Assembly (NCBI GenBank): GCA_048884785.1
Contig: JBHLQM010000022.1
Location: 1-15,563 of the forward strand
DNA from: Candidatus Thorarchaeota archaeon
GTDB lineage: Archaea; Asgardarchaeota; Thorarchaeia; Thorarchaeales; Thorarchaeaceae
DNA: 15,563 nucleotides
Direction: 5' to 3'
The position numbers and the translations under genes were made by a program. Below, in pieces: positions 7,050-15,563 of the stretch. The notes under the pieces were generated by a model. That model worked only from the letters and a program-made list of their open reading frames with translations. It searched no databases and was not told the origin of the DNA. Each line of letters opens with the position of its first letter. Position 1 is the first letter of the stretch.

Positions 7050-10000
7050 ATGCGAGCCAGCCGTGAAGCCCTAATGATTCTGTGTTTTGTTACTCTGCTA
7101 ATTCTCCCAGGTGTTTTTTCAAACTACGATGGAACACCATTCATGCCAACCATCGATACACGGTTGGATGGGAATAATCAAGGAACATTGGAAACTCCTC
7201 CAAGTATGCAAAATATGTATACAATGGCAGCAATACCATCATCAACAACAGGATCAGGAATGCTCCTTGGCATCAAGGAGTTTGCCAATGGAACATATCC
7301 TGCAAGAATTGCCTGGGCCAATGAGTCAAGCACTTATTATCCTCAGACTTTTGATATTCCATCAGGATGGTACACAACTTCAATCACGGCAATAAGCTCG
7401 CAAATGTATCATCTTACTGACTGGATCTCAAATGGGGAATTTACCTCTTCAGCCGACCCATGGATATATGATGATAGTGGAGACACAGTTGGTGTTGTTT
7501 CAGGAGCCTACGAGATTGGAGGGTATATATCGATCACTAGAGTGTCTGGTGGAAAGGTCAGATATGACTATCGTGGATCTTGGAATCAGTCAGTGTCTGT
7601 TACTGAAGGAGGAACAGCATCAGCAACACTCAATGTGACCTATAAAATCGATACATCAAGCGGTACAAATGGTCAAAATGCACAACCCTACTTGTATGTC
7701 AATGGAACTGTTTGGGAACTCCCCACTGGTGGCCAAAGATTCTCAGTGAATCAGGATTGGACAACATACTCTGTCGATTTGCCGCTAGACACATTCACGT
7801 TCCCAGGCACTCTGGAGGTGTCGCTCGGAATACAGGGATGGGCTGAAACACAATTCCAAACAACGGGAGTTCTCTCTATGGATAATGTCAGCCTGACACT
7901 CAGGACTTCAAGACTGTCCGAGGTGGTTAATTTGAGAGCAAGAGACACTGACCAGACTTCCAACCAGGAACCATTTGTAACAGGCCCAGGAGGAAAAGGA
8001 TACGCCACATTTAGCGGCAACTGGTCTGACGATGTTACCCTCGAATTTCTTTCAAATGAAACAGGCACCGAATTTACACTTCAATTATTTATGGAACTCC
8101 AGAAAAACAATAAACTGGATGCAAACACATACTCCGTGTCCAATGGCACTGATGTAATATGGAATTCAGCATTCACTGCTCGTGAAATGGCATTTCCATT
8201 CACCTATTATTACTTCAATTTAACGGCTCCTGATGATTGGATTCTGTCAACTGTATATGATGCATATAATGACCTACAATTATCTGGAACCACCTATTAC
8301 AATGCTACATTCTATCCTACAGATGGAGTCTTGGTATGCAATGTCTATGGTACTGGAGTTAGTGGCACTCCACATTATGGTACGTGGGCAATAAGCAGCA
8401 CAGCTCCAAACTATGGAGATTCTATCTCTTTTATGGGAGATTCAGGAGGCAGTTGGACTGAGTTATCAAACTACTATCCTTACTCGCCGCTGAGAGCAGA
8501 TTTAGAATTCACAGATGGCTTGTCAAATCCGCCCACAACTGGAGGCACAAGTGGTATCAAATTCTACGATGTTGAAGGACAACTCATCTATAGTGAAACA
8601 GGAAAATCACTCGATGTTTTTGGACAGACCACATATCAGAATGGAACAGGATCTGCAAACATAACCATCTTGCCAAACTGGCTGGCTGGACCTGTTACTG
8701 CGCTGGCAGCATGGTCGAATGGAACTGCAGTTGGCGAGATAAGAAAACAATTCTACATTTTCCATCATACTGAGTTAGAGATTGAAGCAGCTACTTATTC
8801 AGCATTCCGAGGAGATACTATCTCTGTGAGGGTCAAATATGTTGATTCTGAAACAGGTTTAGGGATTGCTGGTGCAAATCTCAACTATGCCTGGCTCTAT
8901 GGTTCAGACAATATGGGCTATGCAGGAAATGGATGGTATGCAGGCTATGTTGATACATCAGTTGCCGTGATTGGAGGCTACCCTGTCACGGTTAATGCCA
9001 CTAAGGATTACTATGATTTCGCAGAAACAACTGGCATCACCATTGAGATACAGGAACGCACAACTCTATACTCTCCAAAGAACCTTCAAACGCCCACCAC
9101 AGACTATGAGATTGCTTGGGGCAACTCCAAGACAATTTACTTAGCATATGAAGATACAATCGCAATGAATCCGGATACAATGACCGCAAATCCAGGAAGT
9201 CCGAGTAGTCCTGATGTTACATATGCATACACCTCCAATAACGTGTATACTACTGTGAGCAGCGCTGGTAACTCCATGTCCCTAACTATTGAAACAGATG
9301 TCGATCCGTACTCATTCCTAGTCGCTGATTTAACTACACTGACTTTCAAACTAGAGGGCAAGTTCAGTGTTGCCGTCAGTTCAGGCTCAGTCTATGCCTA
9401 CAACTACACAGCCGGTAACTGGGTTCTTGTTATTAGCTCCTATTCTCCCACAATTGACACAACACTCACCTGGAAGACCACCCATCCATCTGATTTCATT
9501 TCAGGAGAAGGCATTGTCAAAGCAAGAGTAAATGCTACTCATACTTCAGCCTTCACCTATAGTCTAGATCTCTTTGACTTTGTAGCTGGACGCCCCATAA
9601 ATAATGCTGTTCCAGGAGTTTCCATCACATCAAATTGGCCCGAGCAATCCGTAGTAGGAACTCAGGTGGGTCCCACCTATAACTCACTCTTGAAGATCTG
9701 GGAAGTGAACCTCAATACAAAGGATGTCACTCCTGGTGAATATACAGTTCTGATTCAGGCCTCTGCGACAGGGCACCAGGAAAAAGTGCTGGAGCTAACC
9801 ATTACTGTGCGAGCACATCACAGTCGTGTTAGTGTAGTTCCGCCAAGTGAAACACCTTGGGGATGGATGACATGGGTGAATATCTCGTTTGAGGACACAG
9901 ATAACTCATCAATAATAATCTCTGAAGGAAATCTGACCTCCATTGTAATTGATTCGCCTTTTGGCTCTCAGATATTCACAATATCAAACTGGACTTATAG

Positions 10001-13000
10001 TCAGTCAACTGGTTTGGCCACAGTTGCGTTCTGGCTTGATACACGTCAGTGGACGACTGACTCATACTCCTTGACAGTGAATGTAATCACCAGTGGCTCT
10101 GGGCTCTCAAAGTTCTTTGATGATAGCTCAAGCGTCCTCCAGATTACCATTCGCCCTCATGATATTGGAATTACTGCAAATCCACCAACCCAGACACCTT
10201 GGGGATGGGATACAAATGTAAGTGTGATTCTCAGTGATTTGGACAATTCTTCATTGTTGGTCAATCCAGCAAACATAACGTCAATCACTGTCGCAGGACA
10301 AATCTTTACATCAGCAGATTGGACCTATGCAAATGGAGCTTTCAGCTTCTTTGTTGATACATCAAGCTGGGCTGTATCATCACAGGCGTATACAGTTATT
10401 GTGACTTGCTCCGATACACCTGCAAGATTCTATAATAATCGTCAGAGTAATGTCTTGATCACAATTCGAGAACACTCGTTATCAGTTTCAGCTGCAACCG
10501 TAACAAGCACACCATGGAGTTGGTGGACTAATGTTTCTGTCACTCTGATAGACTCCGATAATTCAAGTATCATAGTTTCAGAAATGAATGTCACACAAAT
10601 CGTAATTGCAGGACAGGTATTCACCTCTGCAGAGTGGGTAGCTGACTCAGGTGTATTCTATGTATTGGTAGACTCCTCATCATGGCCAATTGGAACCTCA
10701 AGTCGTCAGGTAACAGTTACAACAAGTGTATCCCCGAGTCGATTCTACTACAATGGTATCAGTTCCGTTTCAGTACAGATTCGAGCTCACCTGCTCGGCG
10801 TATCAGCATCACCACCAACTCCAACACCATGGAGTTGGATGACAACAGTCACTATTACACTGCAAGATTTAGACAATCTTTCTCTTACTGTTAGTGAAGC
10901 CAACATAACACAGGTGCAAATCGGAATTCAGGTTTTCACAGCATCGAGCTGGAGCTATGACACTGGTGTAATTACTATTCTCTTTGATACTCGCAATTGG
11001 GCAATTGGCTCCGGATCCTATCAGGTCAGTGTGACAACCACATCAGCGCCTGTGAAAGCTTACTCAAATGGAGTTTCAAGTGTTACTGTGACTATTCGAG
11101 CGCATAACATTGGAATTTCCTTAATACCCCCGGCATCCACACCTTGGAGCTGGAATACTGATGTTTCCTTTACACTTATCGACCTAGACAATACTAGTTT
11201 GAGTGTCAACGAGGCAAATATCACTCAGGTTGCTGTTGCAGGTCAGATATTTACAGCCTCCAACTGGTCATATTCATCTGGGACATTCACATGCATTGTG
11301 GATACTTCTAATTGGGTAATCGGAAGTGCATCATATGGTATTTCACTTACAACTTCAACTGCTGGTTTCAAGTATTATGGCGATTCTTCTGCAACTGTCC
11401 TAATTCGAATAGTCAGCCACGGTTTGGTCGTCGACGCAATCAGACCTCCGGCAACGCCTTACTCTGATGATACAACGGTTTCAATCAGAGTAATAGACCT
11501 GAATAACGAATCGCTGATAGTATCTGAGAATAATATCACTCAGATAGATATCGGTGGACAAATCTTCACTTCAGCATCTTGGTCGTATTCTGCAGGAGAG
11601 TTCTTAGTTGTTCTGGATACTGATACTTGGCCATTGGGCACATATTCACTAACCGTATCTGTTTCATCTGCAGGTTCTGGAAACACAAAATTCTATGCGG
11701 CGTCTACGGGAAGACTTACTGTTGACATTAGAGAGCGCTATACCGAAGCATATGCCCCGACACCGGATCCGGTACCTTCAGGGAATAATCTGGTTTTCAA
11801 TATGGAGTTCAGAGATAGAGATGCATCAGGAATTCTAGTCAATGCAACCTGGATCTATCTTAATGGAACAGATTTGACCGAGGGAGTTGATTTCTGGATT
11901 TCTTGGATTAGCGAGGGCTATTATCAGGTATCAATGGTCACAACTGGACTCTCACTTGGCGACAATATCGTTCTAGTCACTCTGACAAGAAATAACTACG
12001 AGAATGCCACAACAACTGTACGGTTTAGGATCAGAGTCACTGATACAGAGGCAATTGCATCAGGATACAGATTCAATGTTCCTGTTGGCTCTAATGCAAT
12101 ATTTACCGTACAATTCAACGATGTTGACCATAGTGTTGGAATTGCGGCAGACACAATCACTTCTAATACCACTTTAGGATGGTCATATCTAAATCAAGGT
12201 GGTGGACTCTACCAGATTACTGTAGTAACAACGGATGCCACATCTTTAGCCAACTATCCTATTCGATTCAATTTCACTAAATCTGGGTATGAAGATGCCT
12301 ATGTGATAATTGTAATCTCCGTTGTCACACACGATTCCTATCTCTCATTTGATGAGGGCGTAATTCCAACTGATATAGCGTCGAACATCAGTGTCTATCT
12401 CTTCTATGAAGACATTAGTCTGGGTGTTGGTATAGCAAATGACACGCAGGAGATTGCTGTTTCAGTGTGGTTTAGCCATTCAAGTGGAACCGCAACTGGT
12501 TGGGCTCAAATCTTCGTGCGGGAAAACATGGCATTGGGAATCGGACACTATTTGATTGAGATTCCAGCCAGCCAATTTGGAGGACTCTACACTGTTTCAT
12601 TCACTGCATTCTTCAACTGGACTGGCATTGCAAAATATGAGAGTCTCAATCGAATGTTCTCTGTAGAACTTCAAGGCACTGACACGGATCTAAGTGTTTC
12701 AATTGCGCCTCAGGCAATTTATTATGGCGATTTGACTAACTTTACACTCTACTACGAAGCGACTCAATCCTCAACAGGAGTAGAGAATTCAACTGGTAAT
12801 GTATGGGCATTTGCATTAGTTATTGGTCAGTCAATTGATCCAAACGAATTCCAAATCACATGGGTTGGCGAGGGACTATACCGATTCATTCTGAATTCAT
12901 CATTGTTTGCTTCGGATGGTTCATTTACAATCAGGGCATTCCTGAATTGGACTCCTACAGAATCTCCATATTATGAGAATCAAACACTTTCTTTGACTGT

Positions 13001-15563
13001 CACAATTCTCTACAGGACAACTCTTCTAGATGTTGTTCCTCCACAGAATACAGCGTATGATGAGGATGCAACATTCACCTTTGCTTTCTACGACTCTCCA
13101 ACAAACACAATCATCCTGAATTCATCTAAGATGTTTGTTCAGCTGAATAACATAGGCATATCATACACACTTGGATACAATGCCGGGACATGGACTGTAA
13201 TTGTTGATACGGCCTCAATTGGAAGCACTGGAACAATAGCCCTGCAGCTAAATGTAACTTGGGTTGGTGCCCCCTTCTATCAGAACCAGACTAGGTTAGT
13301 ATCGCTGACTGTGACTATGCGTCCTACTCAGCTCACATATACACCGCCAACTCCAACATTCTTCAATTCGAATGTTTCTCTAACTCTCACTTACATTGAC
13401 CTGATTGATGATAGTAGTTCTGCAATGTTCGGAGGTACGCTTGTGCTAACAAGCGGTGCCTTAGTATTGACAGGTTACTATGACATCATTGATAATAGTG
13501 ATGGCACATATGATGTCATCCTAAATACGACCGCCTTCCTTGAACCCGGGGCGTATGTAATCACCGCTACGATGACATATGGTGGCTCACGATTCTGTAA
13601 TAATGCCCAAGCTTCATTCACTCTGCGAGTCTTGTATCGTGCAATTCTCGCCACTGCGGATCCAGTGGGAAGCACGGCTTATCAGCAAGATATTGAGATT
13701 CTGCTTCATTTAACTGATGGAGAAACAGCTGGTGATGTTACTAACTCGACCGGCGCAGTACGTATTCGGATAGGGGATCAGAATGCCACCTCACCTGCCT
13801 TGCAGGGTTTGAATGTCGTTTGGACTCCAGGAACCGATACCTATTCAGTAAGTGTGGCAAATACTCTCCCGATAGGCACGCATGTACTCTATTTGAATGT
13901 CAGCTATGACTATACATCACCATATTATGGCTACCGACTGGTGAAACTTACATTCACAATCAGAAAACATTCAACTGAGCTGCAGCTCTCAGAACCTGCT
14001 GCAGGAATAGGATTCGGATTAAACACAACCTTCCAGCTTTCATACATCGATTTGGATACTGGACTGCCCATCACAGGGGCTTCATTGACGGTATCAAATG
14101 CATCCCTAGCAGGATATTGGTCAATTGTAGAGGTCGGAGGAAATCTGTATGAAGTTCGCATTAATACAACTGCATTCCTAGCAATTGGTACATATTGGGT
14201 TGTAATGAATACACAAAATACAGGGGCTTATGCAAATTACCAAGATACATCAATCTATGTCAGAGTCTATGTACGTGAGAGATACACAACTCTCTCATAT
14301 GATGCGGTAGGAAGCGTAGGATACACTGATGATGTAGTAATCACAGTGTATTATAGTGATTCAGACCTTGGAAATGCACCTATAACAAATGCTACGAATG
14401 CACTCAGACTGACCACAAATCAGAGTACATACTCAGTAACCTATGGCATTGCACCCGGGTCCTTCGTAATCACCATGCCTGCAAATCAATTCGTACCATT
14501 TGCTTATTCAACCGTATCAATAACCATGCTTTACGAAGGAGTGCCATTCTACCAGAATCAGACCATCACAGTTAGATTCCAGATCACTGGTACCTCAACA
14601 GAATTTGCATGGGACCCAATCGATCCAGTTCCATATGGCAACTATGCAAATGTCACCTTTTACTGGGGAGATGTAGATTCAGGAACTCCTGTTCTTTGTG
14701 CTTTAGGTGGTGATACAGCAATTACTGTAGTGTCAATCACACAACCAGGCTTGGATACTTCGAATACAACCATTATGAATATAGTACAGGGCAGCAATGT
14801 AGGTGCATATGCCACCTTCTTCCTCCTTTTGAACACCAGTTTTCTTGATGGATTTGGAACATTCGAGTTCAGAATCACAATAGATTGGACTGACTCAGGA
14901 GCTGCTCCTTACTACGAGGATCAGAATAACAAACTGGTTACTATAGTTGTTAGGATTAGAGACACTGCAGTACCTCAGATACTAGTAGACTCAGTTTATT
15001 ATGGTGAGGATGCTACAATTAGACTCCAATATGTTGACATGGACAACTCAGGTCAACTAATTACAGGTGCAAACCTGAACATTGCAGTCTTGGACGGACT
15101 TTCGTACACAGTTAATCCAACGCCTGTTGGAGGCTTTTATGAAGTCTATGTCGTGACAGAGGGCACAGGTCTCTTAGGCGCAGTTAGAATTAACATGACG
15201 ATACAATGGTACGGAACACCATATTACGAGAATCAGACCAGTGTTGCTGCAATCCTGACTATCAACATGAAAATCGCCACTATGGAAGTCACATATCCAG
15301 ATGTGACTCCATATCTTGACAATGTGACCTTCTTCATCCACCTTCGAGATAGCACTACACTGCAATATATCAATAATAATGAAAGCTTCATTTCAGCCAT
15401 TTTCGTAGTTCCAAGTATTGGCTCCACTCCAACAATAACCTATGTCATTGCAAGTGACGGAACATATAAGGTGACATTCAATTCGTCCATTCTTTCACAA
15501 GTGGGTACCTATGTCGTCACAGTGACATTCGACCACTCGGGATCATCACCCTACTACAGTGTA
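7050..15563 (+). CDS. Giant secreted/cell-surface glycoprotein with about 20 tandem Ig-like beta-sandwich domains (3'-partial, at least 2838 aa)
   Basis: ATG at 7050. Hand translation shows no stop to the window end (...GSSPYYSV), which explains its absence from the ORF track. The N-terminus MRASREALMILCFVTLLILPGVFS has a basic n-region and hydrophobic h-region. The protein is T/S/V/Y/G-rich and K/C-poor, with a recurring unit [RH]xTxL...YG...Y.D.D.G.PI..A...G.Y.V..[ND]T....G.Y.......PYY.N.T. Confidence 0.95.
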   Translation, partial: MRASREALMILCFVTLLILPGVFSNYDGTPFMPTIDTRLDGNNQGTLETPPSMQNMYTMAAIPSSTTGSGMLLGIKEFANGTYPARIAWANESSTYYPQTFDIPSGWYTTSITAISSQMYHLTDWISNGEFTSSADPWIYDDSGDTVGVVSGAYEIGGYISITRVSGGKVRYDYRGSWNQSVSVTEGGTASATLNVTYKIDTSSGTNGQNAQPYLYVNGTVWELPTGGQRFSVNQDWTTYSVDLPLDTFTFPGTLEVSLGIQGWAETQFQTTGVLSMDNVSLTLRTSRLSEVVNLRARDTDQTSNQEPFVTGPGGKGYATFSGNWSDDVTLEFLSNETGTEFTLQLFMELQKNNKLDANTYSVSNGTDVIWNSAFTAREMAFPFTYYYFNLTAPDDWILSTVYDAYNDLQLSGTTYYNATFYPTDGVLVCNVYGTGVSGTPHYGTWAISSTAPNYGDSISFMGDSGGSWTELSNYYPYSPLRADLEFTDGLSNPPTTGGTSGIKFYDVEGQLIYSETGKSLDVFGQTTYQNGTGSANITILPNWLAGPVTALAAWSNGTAVGEIRKQFYIFHHTELEIEAATYSAFRGDTISVRVKYVDSETGLGIAGANLNYAWLYGSDNMGYAGNGWYAGYVDTSVAVIGGYPVTVNATKDYYDFAETTGITIEIQERTTLYSPKNLQTPTTDYEIAWGNSKTIYLAYEDTIAMNPDTMTANPGSPSSPDVTYAYTSNNVYTTVSSAGNSMSLTIETDVDPYSFLVADLTTLTFKLEGKFSVAVSSGSVYAYNYTAGNWVLVISSYSPTIDTTLTWKTTHPSDFISGEGIVKARVNATHTSAFTYSLDLFDFVAGRPINNAVPGVSITSNWPEQSVVGTQVGPTYNSLLKIWEVNLNTKDVTPGEYTVLIQASATGHQEKVLELTITVRAHHSRVSVVPPSETPWGWMTWVNISFEDTDNSSIIISEGNLTSIVIDSPFGSQIFTISNWTYSQSTGLATVAFWLDTRQWTTDSYSLTVNVITSGSGLSKFFDDSSSVLQITIRPHDIGITANPPTQTPWGWDTNVSVILSDLDNSSLLVNPANITSITVAGQIFTSADWTYANGAFSFFVDTSSWAVSSQAYTVIVTCSDTPARFYNNRQSNVLITIREHSLSVSAATVTSTPWSWWTNVSVTLIDSDNSSIIVSEMNVTQIVIAGQVFTSAEWVADSGVFYVLVDSSSWPIGTSSRQVTVTTSVSPSRFYYNGISSVSVQIRAHLLGVSASPPTPTPWSWMTTVTITLQDLDNLSLTVSEANITQVQIGIQVFTASSWSYDTGVITILFDTRNWAIGSGSYQVSVTTTSAPVKAYSNGVSSVTVTIRAHNIGISLIPPASTPWSWNTDVSFTLIDLDNTSLSVNEANITQVAVAGQIFTASNWSYSSGTFTCIVDTSNWVIGSASYGISLTTSTAGFKYYGDSSATVLIRIVSHGLVVDAIRPPATPYSDDTTVSIRVIDLNNESLIVSENNITQIDIGGQIFTSASWSYSAGEFLVVLDTDTWPLGTYSLTVSVSSAGSGNTKFYAASTGRLTVDIRERYTEAYAPTPDPVPSGNNLVFNMEFRDRDASGILVNATWIYLNGTDLTEGVDFWISWISEGYYQVSMVTTGLSLGDNIVLVTLTRNNYENATTTVRFRIRVTDTEAIASGYRFNVPVGSNAIFTVQFNDVDHSVGIAADTITSNTTLGWSYLNQGGGLYQITVVTTDATSLANYPIRFNFTKSGYEDAYVIIVISVVTHDSYLSFDEGVIPTDIASNISVYLFYEDISLGVGIANDTQEIAVSVWFSHSSGTATGWAQIFVRENMALGIGHYLIEIPASQFGGLYTVSFTAFFNWTGIAKYESLNRMFSVELQGTDTDLSVSIAPQAIYYGDLTNFTLYYEATQSSTGVENSTGNVWAFALVIGQSIDPNEFQITWVGEGLYRFILNSSLFASDGSFTIRAFLNWTPTESPYYENQTLSLTVTILYRTTLLDVVPPQNTAYDEDATFTFAFYDSPTNTIILNSSKMFVQLNNIGISYTLGYNAGTWTVIVDTASIGSTGTIALQLNVTWVGAPFYQNQTRLVSLTVTMRPTQLTYTPPTPTFFNSNVSLTLTYIDLIDDSSSAMFGGTLVLTSGALVLTGYYDIIDNSDGTYDVILNTTAFLEPGAYVITATMTYGGSRFCNNAQASFTLRVLYRAILATADPVGSTAYQQDIEILLHLTDGETAGDVTNSTGAVRIRIGDQNATSPALQGLNVVWTPGTDTYSVSVANTLPIGTHVLYLNVSYDYTSPYYGYRLVKLTFTIRKHSTELQLSEPAAGIGFGLNTTFQLSYIDLDTGLPITGASLTVSNASLAGYWSIVEVGGNLYEVRINTTAFLAIGTYWVVMNTQNTGAYANYQDTSIYVRVYVRERYTTLSYDAVGSVGYTDDVVITVYYSDSDLGNAPITNATNALRLTTNQSTYSVTYGIAPGSFVITMPANQFVPFAYSTVSITMLYEGVPFYQNQTITVRFQITGTSTEFAWDPIDPVPYGNYANVTFYWGDVDSGTPVLCALGGDTAITVVSITQPGLDTSNTTIMNIVQGSNVGAYATFFLLLNTSFLDGFGTFEFRITIDWTDSGAAPYYEDQNNKLVTIVVRIRDTAVPQILVDSVYYGEDATIRLQYVDMDNSGQLITGANLNIAVLDGLSYTVNPTPVGGFYEVYVVTEGTGLLGAVRINMTIQWYGTPYYENQTSVAAILTINMKIATMEVTYPDVTPYLDNVTFFIHLRDSTTLQYINNNESFISAIFVVPSIGSTPTITYVIASDGTYKVTFNSSILSQVGTYVVTVTFDHSGSSPYYSV
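8763..15563 (+). repeat. Array of about 20 diverged Ig-like protein repeats
   Basis: Approximate unit starts: 8763, 9057, 9816, 10158, 10473, 10788, 11103, 11418, 11736, 12039, 12330, 12678, 13014, 13320, 13638, 13968, 14280, 14592, 14958, 15270. Confidence 0.8.
9816..11735 (+). repeat. Six closely related ~105-aa TPWxW-type repeats
   Basis: The TP[WY] motif starts at 9852, 10194, 10509, 10824, 11139 and 11454 (spacing 342, 315, 315, 315, 315 bp). Consensus: R.H...PP..TPW.W.T.VS..L.D.DN.S..VSE.NITQI..AGQIFT...W.Y..G.F...DT..W. Confidence 0.92.

Noticed and set aside
9162-9587. Intein as the explanation for the nested insert
   Set aside because: It has no Cys/Ser start with a His-Asn end and no splicing-block motifs, and it carries sequons like an extracellular domain.
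9816-11735. CRISPR array or DGR template/variable repeat pair
   Set aside because: The repeats are in-frame protein repeats with diverged DNA. I saw no identical short repeats with spacers, no adenine-specific near-identical pair and no reverse transcriptase.
7111-15427. Small track ORFs within the right half, suggesting a gene-poor or pseudogenised region
   Set aside because: All are off-frame or antisense to the continuous ORF starting at 7050, so the region is fully coding.

Overview
Probably archaeal DNA, with an Asgard/Thorarchaeota-like look. That assignment is an inference from GGTG(A) ribosome-binding motifs, TATA-like boxes, an Lrp regulator and a sequon-rich giant surface protein. 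The left half is a nitrogen/amino-acid cluster. On the minus strand it carries an Lrp/AsnC regulator, a conserved hypothetical protein (CTACWRGY), a retinol-DH-like SDR with a non-canonical active site, and a 1024-aa kinase + M23-peptidase + class-III PLP enzyme fusion. A type I glutamine synthetase is transcribed divergently on the plus strand. The right half (7050 to the window end) is one uninterrupted + strand ORF of at least 2838 codons that the ORF track missed because it has no stop in the window. My hand translation gives a signal peptide, a CBM-like jelly-roll region and about 20 tandem ~100-120 aa Ig-like domains. These include a nested domain insertion, a six-unit TPWxW block at mostly exact 315-bp spacing, an apparent six-domain super-repeat, and roughly 65-70 N-glycosylation sequons. 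The 208-bp spacer before this gene is unusually rich in potential RNA structure. All family and fold calls come from motif recognition; no database searches were run.
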